Source: Candidatus Micrarchaeota archaeon (GTDB taxonomy: Archaea > Micrarchaeota > Micrarchaeia > Burarchaeales > Fermentimicrarchaeaceae). From it: a DNA stretch of 46,135 bases. The position numbers and the translations under genes are program-made. Position 1 is the stretch's first letter, and every line of letters starts with the position of its first letter. The notes beneath the pieces are model-generated. The model did not search any database. It saw only the letters and a program-made list of their open reading frames with translations, and was not told where the DNA came from. The DNA lies in NCBI GenBank assembly GCA_026396455.1, contig JAPLWT010000031.1, positions 1 to 46,135 on the forward strand, read 5' to 3'. This document shows positions 17,778-29,061 of this stretch, in pieces.

Positions 17778-18311
17778 ATGCGAGTTTTCATTGCAATCGA
17801 GACAAGCGCTGAGTTGAGGGAAAAGATGGCAGAGTTGCAGAAGCAGCTCGCTATTGACGGGGTGAAGCTTGTTGAGAAGGAGAACCTGCACCTCACACTG
17901 CATTTCCTGGGAGAGATAGATGAGCCTATGAAGGAAAGAGTGATGCAGGCAATGAACAGAATAAACTGCAAGAAGTTCGAGATGAGCTGCGGCGGAGTCG
18001 GGGCATTCCCGAGTAACAATTACATACGCGTCGTCTGGGTGGCCGCAGAGGCTCCTGGGCTTAAAGAAATCCATGAACAGCTCGGAGGAGAGCTTTCAAA
18101 GCTTGGTTTCAAGAAAGAGGATTTCTCCCCGCATATAACTCTCGCAAGAGTCAAATTCCTGAAGGATAAAACCAAGCTGGCGGAATTCCTGGAGGAGAAT
18201 GCCGAAACTGAAATCGGAGACTGCATTGTTGATGGAGTTATCCTCAAGAAAAGCACGCTGACTCCCAAAGGGCCGATCTACGAGAATGTTTACGAGAAGA
18301 AGCTTCCCTGA
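17778..18311 (+). CDS. thpR: RNA 2',3'-cyclic phosphodiesterase (2H family)
   Basis: MRVFIAI, HLTLHFLG, PHITLAR, STLTPKGPIY. Confidence 0.95.
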   Translation: MRVFIAIETSAELREKMAELQKQLAIDGVKLVEKENLHLTLHFLGEIDEPMKERVMQAMNRINCKKFEMSCGGVGAFPSNNYIRVVWVAAEAPGLKEIHEQLGGELSKLGFKKEDFSPHITLARVKFLKDKTKLAEFLEENAETEIGDCIVDGVILKKSTLTPKGPIYENVYEKKLP

Positions 18312-18872
18312 TTATTTTCTCCCGAAAGTCAGATACACAGTATGCATCAGCCCCATGTTCTCCGGCCTCATTCCTGTTTCCCTCACAAGAATCTCGCGCG
18401 TGATGCATTCCATCGTGAATACTTCAGAAAACTTATTCTTTTCCAGCTCTCTGACAAAGTCCCTCACCTGCTCCATGTTCGGGAGGAAGCCCACGACATA
18501 GCCGCCTTCTTTCAATGCTTTCTTAGCATGCTTCACAACCTTCTCGGAATCAGCAAAGTCAAGCGTCACTAGGTCCAAATCCCTCTCGCTTATCCCCCTG
18601 AAGATATCCTTCCTTTTTATTTTCACATTCCTCAATCCGCTTGCCTTGATGTTCCTCTCGGCAAGCTTCGCGAATTCCTCCCTCCTCTCGTAGGTGACAA
18701 CACTCTTTGCAATATTGCCGAGAGCTATTGCAAGAAACCCGCTTCCCGTCCCTGCATCGACTACAACACTCTTCTTCCCAATCCCAGTGAATGCCGCAAC
18801 CATGCCGAAGTCTTTTGGCAGCACAACCTGCGGGCCTCTTTTCAAATTCCGCATTATCGGAGGAAACCTCAA
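18312..18872 (-). CDS. trmI: tRNA m1A57/58 methyltransferase, short form
   Basis: KRGPQVVLPKD, DAGTGSG, YERREEF, RP...GLMHT. Confidence 0.9.
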   Translation of the reverse strand: MRFPPIMRNLKRGPQVVLPKDFGMVAAFTGIGKKSVVVDAGTGSGFLAIALGNIAKSVVTYERREEFAKLAERNIKASGLRNVKIKRKDIFRGISERDLDLVTLDFADSEKVVKHAKKALKEGGYVVGFLPNMEQVRDFVRELEKNKFSEVFTMECITREILVRETGMRPENMGLMHTVYLTFGRK

Positions 18873-18905
18873 ACAACCACCACTATTTTAATTTAAAGGG
18901 GATAA

Positions 18906-20234
<1,329 letters not shown>

Positions 20235-20241
20235 ACTGCAT

Positions 20242-20313
20242 GCCCCAGTAGCTCAGTGGTAGAGCGTTTGCATGGTAAGCAAAAGGCCGCGAGTTCAATC
20301 CTCGCCTGGGGCT
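20242..20313 (+). tRNA. tRNA-Thr(GGT), intronless
   Basis: GCCCCAG/CTGGGGC acceptor stem; TTTGC-ATGGTAA-GCAAA anticodon arm. Confidence 0.95.
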
Positions 20314-20364
20314 TTCCCCGCATATTTTATAAACTTACCCTCGCAAATCTGCTTTGGTGAAACA

Positions 20365-20751
20365 ATGAGGGAACTAATAATTGTTGCCAAGGATAAAGTA
20401 GGTCTTCTGGCCCATATATCAAAAATTCTGGGGGACAACAGCATAAACATAGATTCTGTTTCAGTTGAGACCGTCGGCAAGGATGCCATGGTTCATCTGG
20501 TTGCATCCAGGGAGAAGGAAGCAATGAAGCTGCTGGAGGAGGCAGGCTTCAAGGTGATGGGTTCCGACGTGATACTCCTGAAGATCGATGACAGGCCAGG
20601 TGAGCTTGCAAAGGTTGCGCTGACTCTTGCAGAGTCCGGCGTGAACATAAGGAGCGTCCTCTTCATGAGGAAGGAGAATAACAAAGGTCTGTTTGCAGTG
20701 AAAGTCACGAAACCTGAAAAGGCTGTTGAGATACTGAAGGATTACCTGTAG
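20365..20751 (+). CDS. Tandem ACT-domain protein
   Basis: DKVGLLAHI...INID and DRPGELAKV...VNI repeats; SD GGTGA. Confidence 0.9.
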   Translation: MRELIIVAKDKVGLLAHISKILGDNSINIDSVSVETVGKDAMVHLVASREKEAMKLLEEAGFKVMGSDVILLKIDDRPGELAKVALTLAESGVNIRSVLFMRKENNKGLFAVKVTKPEKAVEILKDYL

Positions 20752-20759
20752 CTGAGAGG

Positions 20760-21140
20760 ATGGTTGATAAGCGCTCAGTTGAAATTTCTGTGCTTGCGCA
20801 TGCCAGCATACTCGTTGGATTCATCTTCCGTTATTCTTTCATTTTTCCTCTCCTTATCTGGAAGACCCTCAAGCATTCAAAATATTCAGAGCAACAGGCA
20901 AGACAGGCAACATACTACCAGGTAGCTGCACTGCTCCTCATCATGGGCATTTCATTCGGTGCAGAGTTCATGATTTTGCCCAACGAATCTTCTAACGGCA
21001 TAGTGCAGAGAGTTGATGCAGCCTTTATACAGCAACTGGAACTTGTTGTCTACTCCCTGCTATCGCTCTATGCGTTATACGGGGCATACAGGTGCAGCAG
21101 AGGGAAGGAATTCAGATACCTGCTAATCGGAAAACTTTAA
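20760..21140 (+). CDS. DUF4870-like three-helix membrane protein
   Basis: LAH...PLLIW...QARQA...G.EFRY pattern. Confidence 0.75.
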   Translation: MVDKRSVEISVLAHASILVGFIFRYSFIFPLLIWKTLKHSKYSEQQARQATYYQVAALLLIMGISFGAEFMILPNESSNGIVQRVDAAFIQQLELVVYSLLSLYALYGAYRCSRGKEFRYLLIGKL

Positions 21141-21200
21141 TTCCTGCCCTGCTTTTTCTGAATGCAATAATCAAGATTTATCCCGAATCCGTGGGCAAGC

Positions 21201-21280
21201 TTATAAAGGGCAAAATCCCTAATTCATGCGGAGATTCCGAGAATCTCCCGACGGAGGTTATACCGTAAGGTATTTAAATA
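21201..21280 (+). promoter_or_regulatory. Putative tandem rRNA operon promoters
   Basis: TTATAAA at 21201 and TTTAAATA at 21273, upstream of a hairpin-rich leader. Confidence 0.5.
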
Positions 21281-21446
21281 CGGGAGTGTATAATCTTCCT
21301 TCGCCGTGCGGATGCTGTAGACTCCGGCGTAAATGGAGCGCGAATTTCTACTTCGTGCTGTGAAATATACCCTTTTTCTACAGTACGTAATCTCGATGGA
21401 AATCCAAGTTAGTTTGGATTTGACTCGGGCTTCAAGAACAGGATAA

Positions 21447-21481
21447 GTGAGCGATAGTGGTGTTTTTTCGCCTATACTTGC
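21447..21481 (+). other. 5' arm of the 16S pre-rRNA processing stem (partner 23559-23586)
   Basis: GTGAGC/GCTCAC, TGGTGTT/AACACCA and CTTGC/GCAAG complementary blocks flank the 16S. Confidence 0.75.
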
Positions 21482-22366
21482 GGAAGAAAGTGTGCTTAAA
21501 CTCCAGTTGATCCTGCTGGAGGGTACTGCTATCAGAATCCGACTAAGCCATGCAAGTCTACCCCTTCTGCTAGGAGGGGTGGCATACGGCTGAGTAGCGA
21601 GTAGTCAATCTGCCCTAAGGAGGGGGATAACCTCGGGAAACTGAGGCTAATACCACATAGGTTATGGATGCTGGAAGGCTTCATAGCCCAAACAGCGTGG
21701 TGAAATGCAATCATGTCTGCCTTAGGATGAGACTGCTTCCGATTAGGTAGTTGGTGGGGTAAAGGCCCACCAAGCCGATAATCGGTGGGGGCAATGGGAG
21801 TTGGCGCCCCCAGAGGAGCACTGAGACAAGGGCTCCAGTCCTACGGGATGCAGCAGGCGCGAAACCTTCGCAATGCGCGAAAGCGTGACGAGGGGATTCT
21901 GAGTGATGCTCCACGCGAGCATCTTTTCGTAAGCTTAAGGAGCTTGCGGAATAAGAGCTGGGCAAGACCGGTGACAGCCGCCGCGGTAACACCGGCAGCT
22001 TAAGTGGTATCCACGAATATTGGGCTTAAAGAGTCCGTAGCTGGCCCGCTAAGTTCTCTGTGAAATCTTCGGGCTCAACTCGAAGGAGTGCAGAGAATAC
22101 TGACGGGCTTGGGAGCGGGGGAGGCCAAGAGTACTCATGGGGTAGGGGTAAAATCCGTTAATCCTATGAGGACTCCCAGTGGCGAAGGCGCTTGGCCAAA
22201 ACGCGTCCGACAGTGAGGGACGAAGGCTAGGAGAACGAATCGGATTAGATACCCGAGTAGCCCTAGCAGTAAATTATGCAGACTGTGGTGTTGCCATAGC
22301 TTAGAGCTGTGGCAGTGCCGTAGCGTAAGTGTTAAGTCTGCCGCCTGGGGAGTACGGCCGCAAGGT

Positions 22367-22409
<43 letters not shown>

Positions 22410-22557
22410 TGCTGCGGTTCAATTGGATTCAACGCCGGGAATATTACCGGGAGCGACGGCAGAATGAAGGTCAGACTAAAGATCTTACCTAACAAGCCGA
22501 GAGGTGGTGCATGGCCATCGTCAGCTCGTGCTGTGAAGTGTCCGGTTAAGTCCGGTA

Positions 22558-23086
22558 AATCATATGAGTGCACCCATTCGGAGTGATAACATGAAAATAA
22601 AAAACACTCCCCAACTCGCATACCTCATTGGTCTGTGGAAGGGGAGGAGAATTTCAAAGGGAATTGGAATAAGGGGCAGCGGAGAGATAAGGGAGATTTT
22701 CCTCAAGGAGTGTATGAAGGCTCTAAAAATTCCTCCAGAGAAAATGCAACTTGGTGAGGATGAAGTTTTCTTCTACCACTCGGTGTACAGGAAATATTTC
22801 GAGGAGACTGAGAAAAATCAGGTGGATTTGTTCAGGAAGAGGAACAACTACTCTGCATCGTACCTGGCAGGAATGTTCGATTCCTGCGGGGGTATAGAGA
22901 AGGATACGCCATATCTTGCGCATGCCTCATACCAGGACCAGATGCTCATGGAGCTTCTGGGCTTCCGAACAAGATTCAAGAAAGGGAAGCTGGTGATACT
23001 GACTCCCAGAGAGTTCATAGCTTTTGTAAAGGATTTCCTTAAGCACTCCGACATCAAGAAAAAAACAGCACTCATATGGTCCGGAA
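22558..23086 (+). mobile_element. Archaeal BHB-type 16S rRNA intron, 529 nt
   Basis: Terminal stem CATATGAGTGC (22561-71)/GCACTCATATG (23068-78), 4-bp CCGG/CCGG helix and 3-nt bulges TA|A and AA|A; removal restores GTTAAGTCCGGTAACGAGCGAGACC. Confidence 0.9.
22591..23086 (+). CDS. Intron-encoded two-motif LAGLIDADG-family protein, catalytically degenerate; stop supplied by circularisation
   Basis: LAYLIGLWKGRR and SYLAGMFDSCGG motifs; SD-like GGAGTGA before ATG 22591; no stop codon inside the linear intron. Confidence 0.8.
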
Positions 23087-23610
23087 ACGAGCGAGACCAT
23101 CACTGACAGTTGCGACTCATCTCTCCGGAGATGAAGCACTCTGTCGGGACTGCTTGTGTTAAACAAGAGGAGGGAGATGGCGACGGTAGGTCAGTATGCC
23201 CTGAATCTCCCGGGCTACACGTGGCATACAATGGTCGAGACAATGGGTTGCCACTCCGAAAGGAGGAGCTAATCCCCAAACTCGGCCTAAGTTCGGATTG
23301 AGGGCTGAAACTCGCCCTCATGAAGCTGGAATCCCTAGTAATCGCTTGTCAACATCGAGCGGTGAATACGTCCCCGCTCCTTGCACACACCGCCCGTCAA
23401 GTCACTCAAGTGAAGTTTTAGTGAGGCGGAATCCTCAGGATTTTGTCGAACTAATTCGTCATGAGAGGGGCTAAGTCGTAACAAGGTATCCGTAGGGGAA
23501 CCTGCGGATAGATCACCTCCTTAAAATTGTTCTATGATATGAGAACCAGAAAGTGAGTGCAAGGTAAGCGAACACCATATGCTCACTCCAAATGTTCTTG
23601 AAAGCCCTTC

Positions 23611-23707
23611 GGGCTCGTAGCTCAGTGGTAGAGCGCCTCCTTTGCGAGGAGGAGGCCGCGAGTTCAAAAGCAGCTTCACTGAGTTGCTGAACATCTCGCC
23701 GAGTCCA
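23611..23707 (+). tRNA. tRNA-Ala(TGC) in the 16S-23S spacer, with a 25-nt intron at 59/60 (23669-23693)
   Basis: CCTCC-TTTGCGA-GGAGG anticodon arm; strict BHB (TTCA/TGAA helix, AAA and CAT bulges); splicing restores TTCAAAT. Confidence 0.95.
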
Positions 23708-23743
23708 TTCTGCACGCATATGCAATTCAGGAAATTTTCCTGA

Positions 23744-23806
23744 ATGAAGTGGCTGATATTAATGAGGCCGTGATTGGAATAAAGACCATAGTTCTCTGGC
23801 AACAAC
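23744..23806 (+). other. 5' arm of the 23S pre-rRNA processing stem (partner about 26734-26781)
   Basis: ATGAAGTG/CACTTCAT, GGCCGTGATT/AATCACGGCC, GACCATAG/CTATGGTC. Confidence 0.75.
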
Positions 23807-26733
23807 GAGTGCAGTGAGATGCCATTCAGGGGATGGCTTGGCTCAGGTAGCGATGAAGGCCGTGGCAAGCTGCGATAAGCCCAGGGTAGGCGCAGGCAGC
23901 CTTTGAACCTGGGATTGCCGAATTATTCGCCTCCAAAAGAGGTGAAGGGATACGCGGAGAATTGAAACATCTTAGTACCCGCAGGAAAAGAAACCAATTG
24001 GGATGGGGTTAGTAAAGGCGATTGAAAGCCCCACAGAGGCAATTCGAATCCTTCAGGGCAACTTGAAGGAGATGTGATGCATTCCATTCCCCTTCTATCT
24101 AGTTGAAGTGCGCTGGAAAGCGCCGCCAAAGAGAGTGAAAGCCTCGTAAGCGAAACGTGGAAGGTGAGGGGATGCGCCGAGTAGCGTCCATCGAGTATTG
24201 GGCGCGAATATGGGAGCAACAACTTCCAACTCTAAATATAACCTGAGACCGATAGCGTAGAGTAGCGCGAGCGAAAGCTGAAAAGTACCCCTAACGGGGA
24301 GTCAAAAGACCTGAAACTGAATGGCTACAGAGGGTACAGTCCGAAAGGAATGCGGCTTCCTTGAAGCGATATGTAGAAATATATAAAGCGAAAGGGAGCT
24401 TAACAGGATTGTATCGTTCTTCTTGAAACAAGAGCCAAGGAGTTGCTTGAAGTGGTGAGCCGAAAGGCTAAGCGAAAGCGAGACTGCGCGACACCGCAAG
24501 GTGCGAGGCAGGTGGTACGAAAGTGCCATAAATCACTTCCTGCAAACCCGAAGCCAATGTGATCTACACACGGGCAGGGCGAAGCCAATCCTCCGATTGG
24601 TGGAGGCCCGCAACCGATGCTAGTATATCTGCTCGGGTGACCTGCGTGTAGGGGTGATAGTCCTATCGAACTTGGCGATATCGGGTCCCCCCCGAAGTAT
24701 CCTTAGGATAGCCTCATCTGAGGTAGATTGTGAGGTAGAGCACTGATTAGACAGAACGGAGCCGAAAGGCTCCGCTGTTTTCTCAAACTCCGAATTCACA
24801 ACCACCGTAGAAGATGGGAGTCGGGCATACTGGGTAAGCTAGTGTGCCGGGACGGGAACGACCGAGACCGAGGTTAAGGCCCCTAAATTCTGACTAAGTG
24901 CTAATCACAAAGGAGTCCCCACTCTTAAACAGCTGGAAGGTAGGCTCAGAAGCAGCCATCCTTTAAACAACGCGTAACAGCGGACCAGTCGAGAGTGCAG
25001 GCTCCGAAGATTACCGGGGCTAAGTCAGGTGCCGAGACCCCGGAGGATGCCACAAGCATCATCTGGTAGGGGGGTGTTCTGGTAGGGTAGAAGTTGGGGT
25101 GTGAATTCCAATGGACCTGTCAGAAACAAATATCTTGGTGTTAGTAACAGCATATCCAGGTGAGAATCCTGGGCGCCGGATAGCACACGGTTTTCTTAAC
25201 AATGTTCGTCAGTTAAGAGTAAGCCGATCCTAAGCTCTCAGCTAATTACTCGGGAGCAAAAGGGAAACTGGTTAAGATTCCAGTGCCTCGTGGGTAGACG
25301 TGGTGACACAAAGGCCAGCTTCAGACGCTTGGGGATAGGCGGAGTGAGCGAGAGCTCATTTAACCTCTGCAAGGCTGCAGAGACTCGTTATGAGGAGAAG
25401 CAGCCTAACGCTGGGAAGGCCATCGCAAGGTGGTTCCGTTGATTCCTTGAGCCCGTGAAAATGGAGCTGGCAGCGATCCCATGAGATCGTACCTAGAACT
25501 AGTACAGGTGCTGCTGGCAGAACAAGCCAAGGCGTGTCAGGAGAACTCAGGTAAGGGAACTCGGCAATTCAGTGGCGTAACTTAGGGATAAGCCATGCCT
25601 GCAATTGTGGCGCAAGCTGCATTCGCAGGTCGCAGTAACAAGGGGACGTCGACTGTATATCAAAAACACAGCTCCCTGCAAAGTCGAAAGGCTTAGTATA
25701 GGGGGCGATGCCTGCTCACTACTGGTACGTCAAACTCCGGTACAACGGAGCAAAGCGCCGGCAAAGAGCGGGGGTAACTCTGACCCTCTTAAGGTAGCGT
25801 AATACCTCGCCGCTTAATTGGTGGCTTGCATGAATGGCATAACGAGCGTCCCGCTGTCCCTACCTGGGACCTGGTGAACTCACTACTCGGTGAAGATGCC
25901 GAGGACTTCTAGGGGGAAACGAAGACCCCGTGGAGCTTTACTATAGTCTGTCGTTGGGATACGGTGGTTGTTGCACAGCGTAAGTGGGAGCGTCGAAACA
26001 TCCCTCGCGGGGGGTGCGAATGCGAAAGTGAAACACCACTCTACAGTTGCTGTGTTCCTAACCCGAAAGGGAACATCGGCAGATGGATAGTTTGGCTGGG
26101 GCGGTACGCCCTCGATAAGGAAACAAGGGCGCCCAATGCTCTGCTTAGGCGGGTCAGAAATCCGCTGATAAGGGTTAAAGACAAATGCAGGGCTGACTGA
26201 ATTCTTAAAAGCGTGGAATTCAGACTCGAAAGAGGGGCTTAACGAACCTTGGAATCCCTTTTGCTGAGGGTCCAAGCTGACAAACAAGCTACCCCGGGGG
26301 TAACAGGCTCGTCGCAGGCGAGAGTACATATCGACCTTGCGGTTTGGTACATCGCTGTCGGCCTAGGTCATCCTGGTGGTGCAGGAGCCACCAAGGGTTG
26401 GGTTGTTCATCCATTAAAGACCTACACGAGCTGGGTTCAGAACGTCGCGAGACAGTTCGGTAGTATCTCCTAGGAGTGTCGACTGCTTGAGAGTATGAAT
26501 CCCTAAGTACGAGAGGAACGGGGATTCGGCGCCTCTAGTATACCGGTTGTGCAAAGCAACGCCGGGCAGCCACGCGCCACTGGATAAGACCTGAAAGCAT
26601 CTAAGGTCGAAGCCATTCTCAAAACGAGGCAGTCCAAGGCCAGAATAGCAGATTCTGTTGATAGGGTGGGGATGTAAACGGAAAGCGTAAGCGATCCGTG
26701 AGTCCGTCCACTACTAAAAGCCTTTCTGCACTT
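23807..26733 (+). rRNA. rrl: 23S rRNA (ends approximate; no large intron seen)
   Basis: GAATTGAAACATCTTAGTA, CTCTTAAGGTAGC, GAAGACCCCGTGGAGCTT and sarcin-ricin AGTACGAGAGGAAC; terminal helix GAGTGCAG/CTGCACTT. Confidence 0.97.
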
Positions 26734-26924
26734 GCTAAAAGGAGCTATGGTCATTCCAAAAATCACGGCCTTTCACTTCATGCTCGAATGGCCGGGCCTA
26801 CTACTTTAATCCACCACCCATTGAGGCTCGGCTGTTCTCTAATTCTTCTCAAATCCGGATTCCTAGCTGAAGCTTTGCTCGTCTCAGAAAAATTTATATA
26901 CTGCACAACTATACAATTACCTCT

Positions 26925-27779
26925 ATGAGAAAACACCTAATTTTCTTTCTCTTATTCCTCACAGGTTGTATCTTTGTTGACACGTCACCCAATAGGTGCT
27001 ACCATCTCTGGGATCCCTCGCAGAAAAACGAATGCCTGCTCATGGTAGCTTCGGAAACATCAAACATATCCAAGTGCGGTGAGATAAATGAGAGCTCAGT
27101 TGCAGAGCGCTGCTATGCGTTGTTGTTGGGCAAGGGCATATCGGAGAACTACTCCATATGCATGGAACTGTCCGGAACTGGGATGGACCAGTGCTTCTCA
27201 AGACTGGCGATGAGGACTAACGACTCCTCGATGTGCATGAAAGTCAACTCAAGCTATTCAAGGGACAACTGCCTGTCAGGAATAGCAGTAACGCTGGGCA
27301 GGCCCGATATCTGCGAGTCAATAGCGCTGAACGTTTCGAGAAACACATGCAAGAACCAGATATACCCCCAGCTTGCCATCAAGAACAAAGATGCGGCATT
27401 CTGCAAGCTGATGATTGCGGATAATCCCCAAGCCCAGCTGACTGCAGCGGACACATGCATAGTCTCCATGGCCAAGGAGCTGAATGATACAACCTACTGC
27501 AACCAGGTATCAACAGAGTTCACCAGACAATTCTGCCTGACTGGCAGGATAGATCCTGCAACCTGCGATACTATAAGCGATCCGCAGGGCAGGCAGGCAT
27601 GCCGTTACATAGCCGCGGTATACTCCAAAGACCCAAGCACATGCGCTTCAATGCCTTCGGGCACGCTTAAGGACAGTTGCTATATGCAGCTGGCAAGCGA
27701 TATGAAGAACCCGCAGCTCTGCTCCTACATCTCTCTCGAAAGCATTAAAGAACAGTGTCTTCAGGTCAGCCAGGGCTAG
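26925..27779 (+). CDS. Cys-repeat surface lipoprotein
   Basis: Lipobox LTGC; repeating C..I......D.CY...A units of about 25 aa; N-x-S/T sequons; TTTATATA at 26893. Confidence 0.85.
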   Translation: MRKHLIFFLLFLTGCIFVDTSPNRCYHLWDPSQKNECLLMVASETSNISKCGEINESSVAERCYALLLGKGISENYSICMELSGTGMDQCFSRLAMRTNDSSMCMKVNSSYSRDNCLSGIAVTLGRPDICESIALNVSRNTCKNQIYPQLAIKNKDAAFCKLMIADNPQAQLTAADTCIVSMAKELNDTTYCNQVSTEFTRQFCLTGRIDPATCDTISDPQGRQACRYIAAVYSKDPSTCASMPSGTLKDSCYMQLASDMKNPQLCSYISLESIKEQCLQVSQG

Positions 27780-27875
27780 TCCCTCTTTTATCTGGTTTGG
27801 CTGACACCCCATTCGAATCCACTCTCGCTTAGCTTCACCTCCCCAATTATTAATGCTCCTTTGCGTAACCTCTAT

Positions 27876-29030
27876 ATGGTTGCAGCCGACTCTGCCAGCA
27901 TTCTGCCAGACGACGAGGTTCTCCTCAGGATGGGGAAGGATTTTGAAAGAGCTGCAAGCATCATAAAAAGCTATGTGGACCGCCGCAGCCCGATCGTGAT
28001 CAGATACCACGCGGATTGCGATGGAATATGCTCCGCCATTTCCATATACTTATCTATCAAGCGAATGGTGGGAGAAAAGGAGTGGCCGGAGTACAGGAAA
28101 AAGCTCCTTATCTTCAAGAATCCTTCGCCAATGTACTCCATCCCAAGCGTGTTGGATGACATCGAGCTTGTAAGGCACATGCAATCCTCAGCACCGCCTC
28201 TGGCTATACTGCTTGATTTCTCCGTAAATTCAGAAAGCCTAGAAACTCTCAAAACTCTCAGAAGGACGAAATTCGATATAGTCATTGCGGACCACCATCC
28301 GCCAGAAGCAGAGGTAAAACAGATAGCGACTCTGCTGGTTTCGCCATGGTTGCATGGCGGCAATTCCGACTATGCGGCAGGCTTGATTGCAGGTGAGATA
28401 GCCAGGAAACTCAGACCTTTCGATGGTATCTCCGAGCTTGAGAAGATCTCTCTTACTGGGGACAGGAGCAAGCTCCCGATAAAGCAGGAGGAGCATATTA
28501 ACCGTAAGGCGCTTGTGCTGGATTTCATGTCCTCAAGCGATGATTTTGCGGAGAGCCTCGAGACGTACTATCCTGTCTTAAAAGACCCCAAAAAAGTAGA
28601 TTCCATATACAAGACTGCAATGAAGAAAATCGAGGATGTGAAGAAGCAGGCATTGAACTATTCCAAGCTGAAGGAACTGGACAATGGATTCAAGGTTGTG
28701 CTCGTAAGGCTTGAAAAACTTAAGGTGGGGAAGTTCCCACCGAAAGGCAGGATATGCGGGGAGGTTCATGATGAGTTCAGCAAGAAGCTGGATGCTCCCC
28801 TGGTGACTGTTGCATACAATGATAGGGCGATGCATATAAGAGCCAATGTCAAGGCAAGGGAAGCAGGCTTCAATGCGAATAGGCTCATAGGTGAATTGAA
28901 AAGCGAGATGAGCAATGCCATTGAGAGCGGAGGGGGCCATGATGTTGCAGCAGGAATAAGGCTTAATGCTGGTTTTGAGAGGATGGTGCGGGACGATTTG
29001 GTGAGAAAGATAAGCGAAATAGGAAGTTAA
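27876..29030 (+). CDS. DHH/DHHA1 phosphoesterase (RecJ-like)
   Basis: YHADCDG, LLD, IADHH, GGGHDVAAG. Confidence 0.9.
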   Translation: MVAADSASILPDDEVLLRMGKDFERAASIIKSYVDRRSPIVIRYHADCDGICSAISIYLSIKRMVGEKEWPEYRKKLLIFKNPSPMYSIPSVLDDIELVRHMQSSAPPLAILLDFSVNSESLETLKTLRRTKFDIVIADHHPPEAEVKQIATLLVSPWLHGGNSDYAAGLIAGEIARKLRPFDGISELEKISLTGDRSKLPIKQEEHINRKALVLDFMSSSDDFAESLETYYPVLKDPKKVDSIYKTAMKKIEDVKKQALNYSKLKELDNGFKVVLVRLEKLKVGKFPPKGRICGEVHDEFSKKLDAPLVTVAYNDRAMHIRANVKAREAGFNANRLIGELKSEMSNAIESGGGHDVAAGIRLNAGFERMVRDDLVRKISEIGS

Positions 29031-29061
29031 TTAAATCTGAATTTCTAAAATATCTCTGCGC

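Noticed and set aside
22564..22590. Upstream ATG at 22564 as the start of the intron ORF
   Set aside because: It lies inside the intron terminal stem and has no SD, whereas ATG 22591 follows GGAGTGA
23807..26733. Possible introns in the 23S gene
   Set aside because: The length of about 2.93 kb and continuous conserved motifs leave no room for a sizeable insertion; very small ones cannot be excluded by eye
26734..26924. Possible 5S rRNA after the 23S gene
   Set aside because: No 5S motifs; the region is explained by the processing stem, a hairpin and the next promoter
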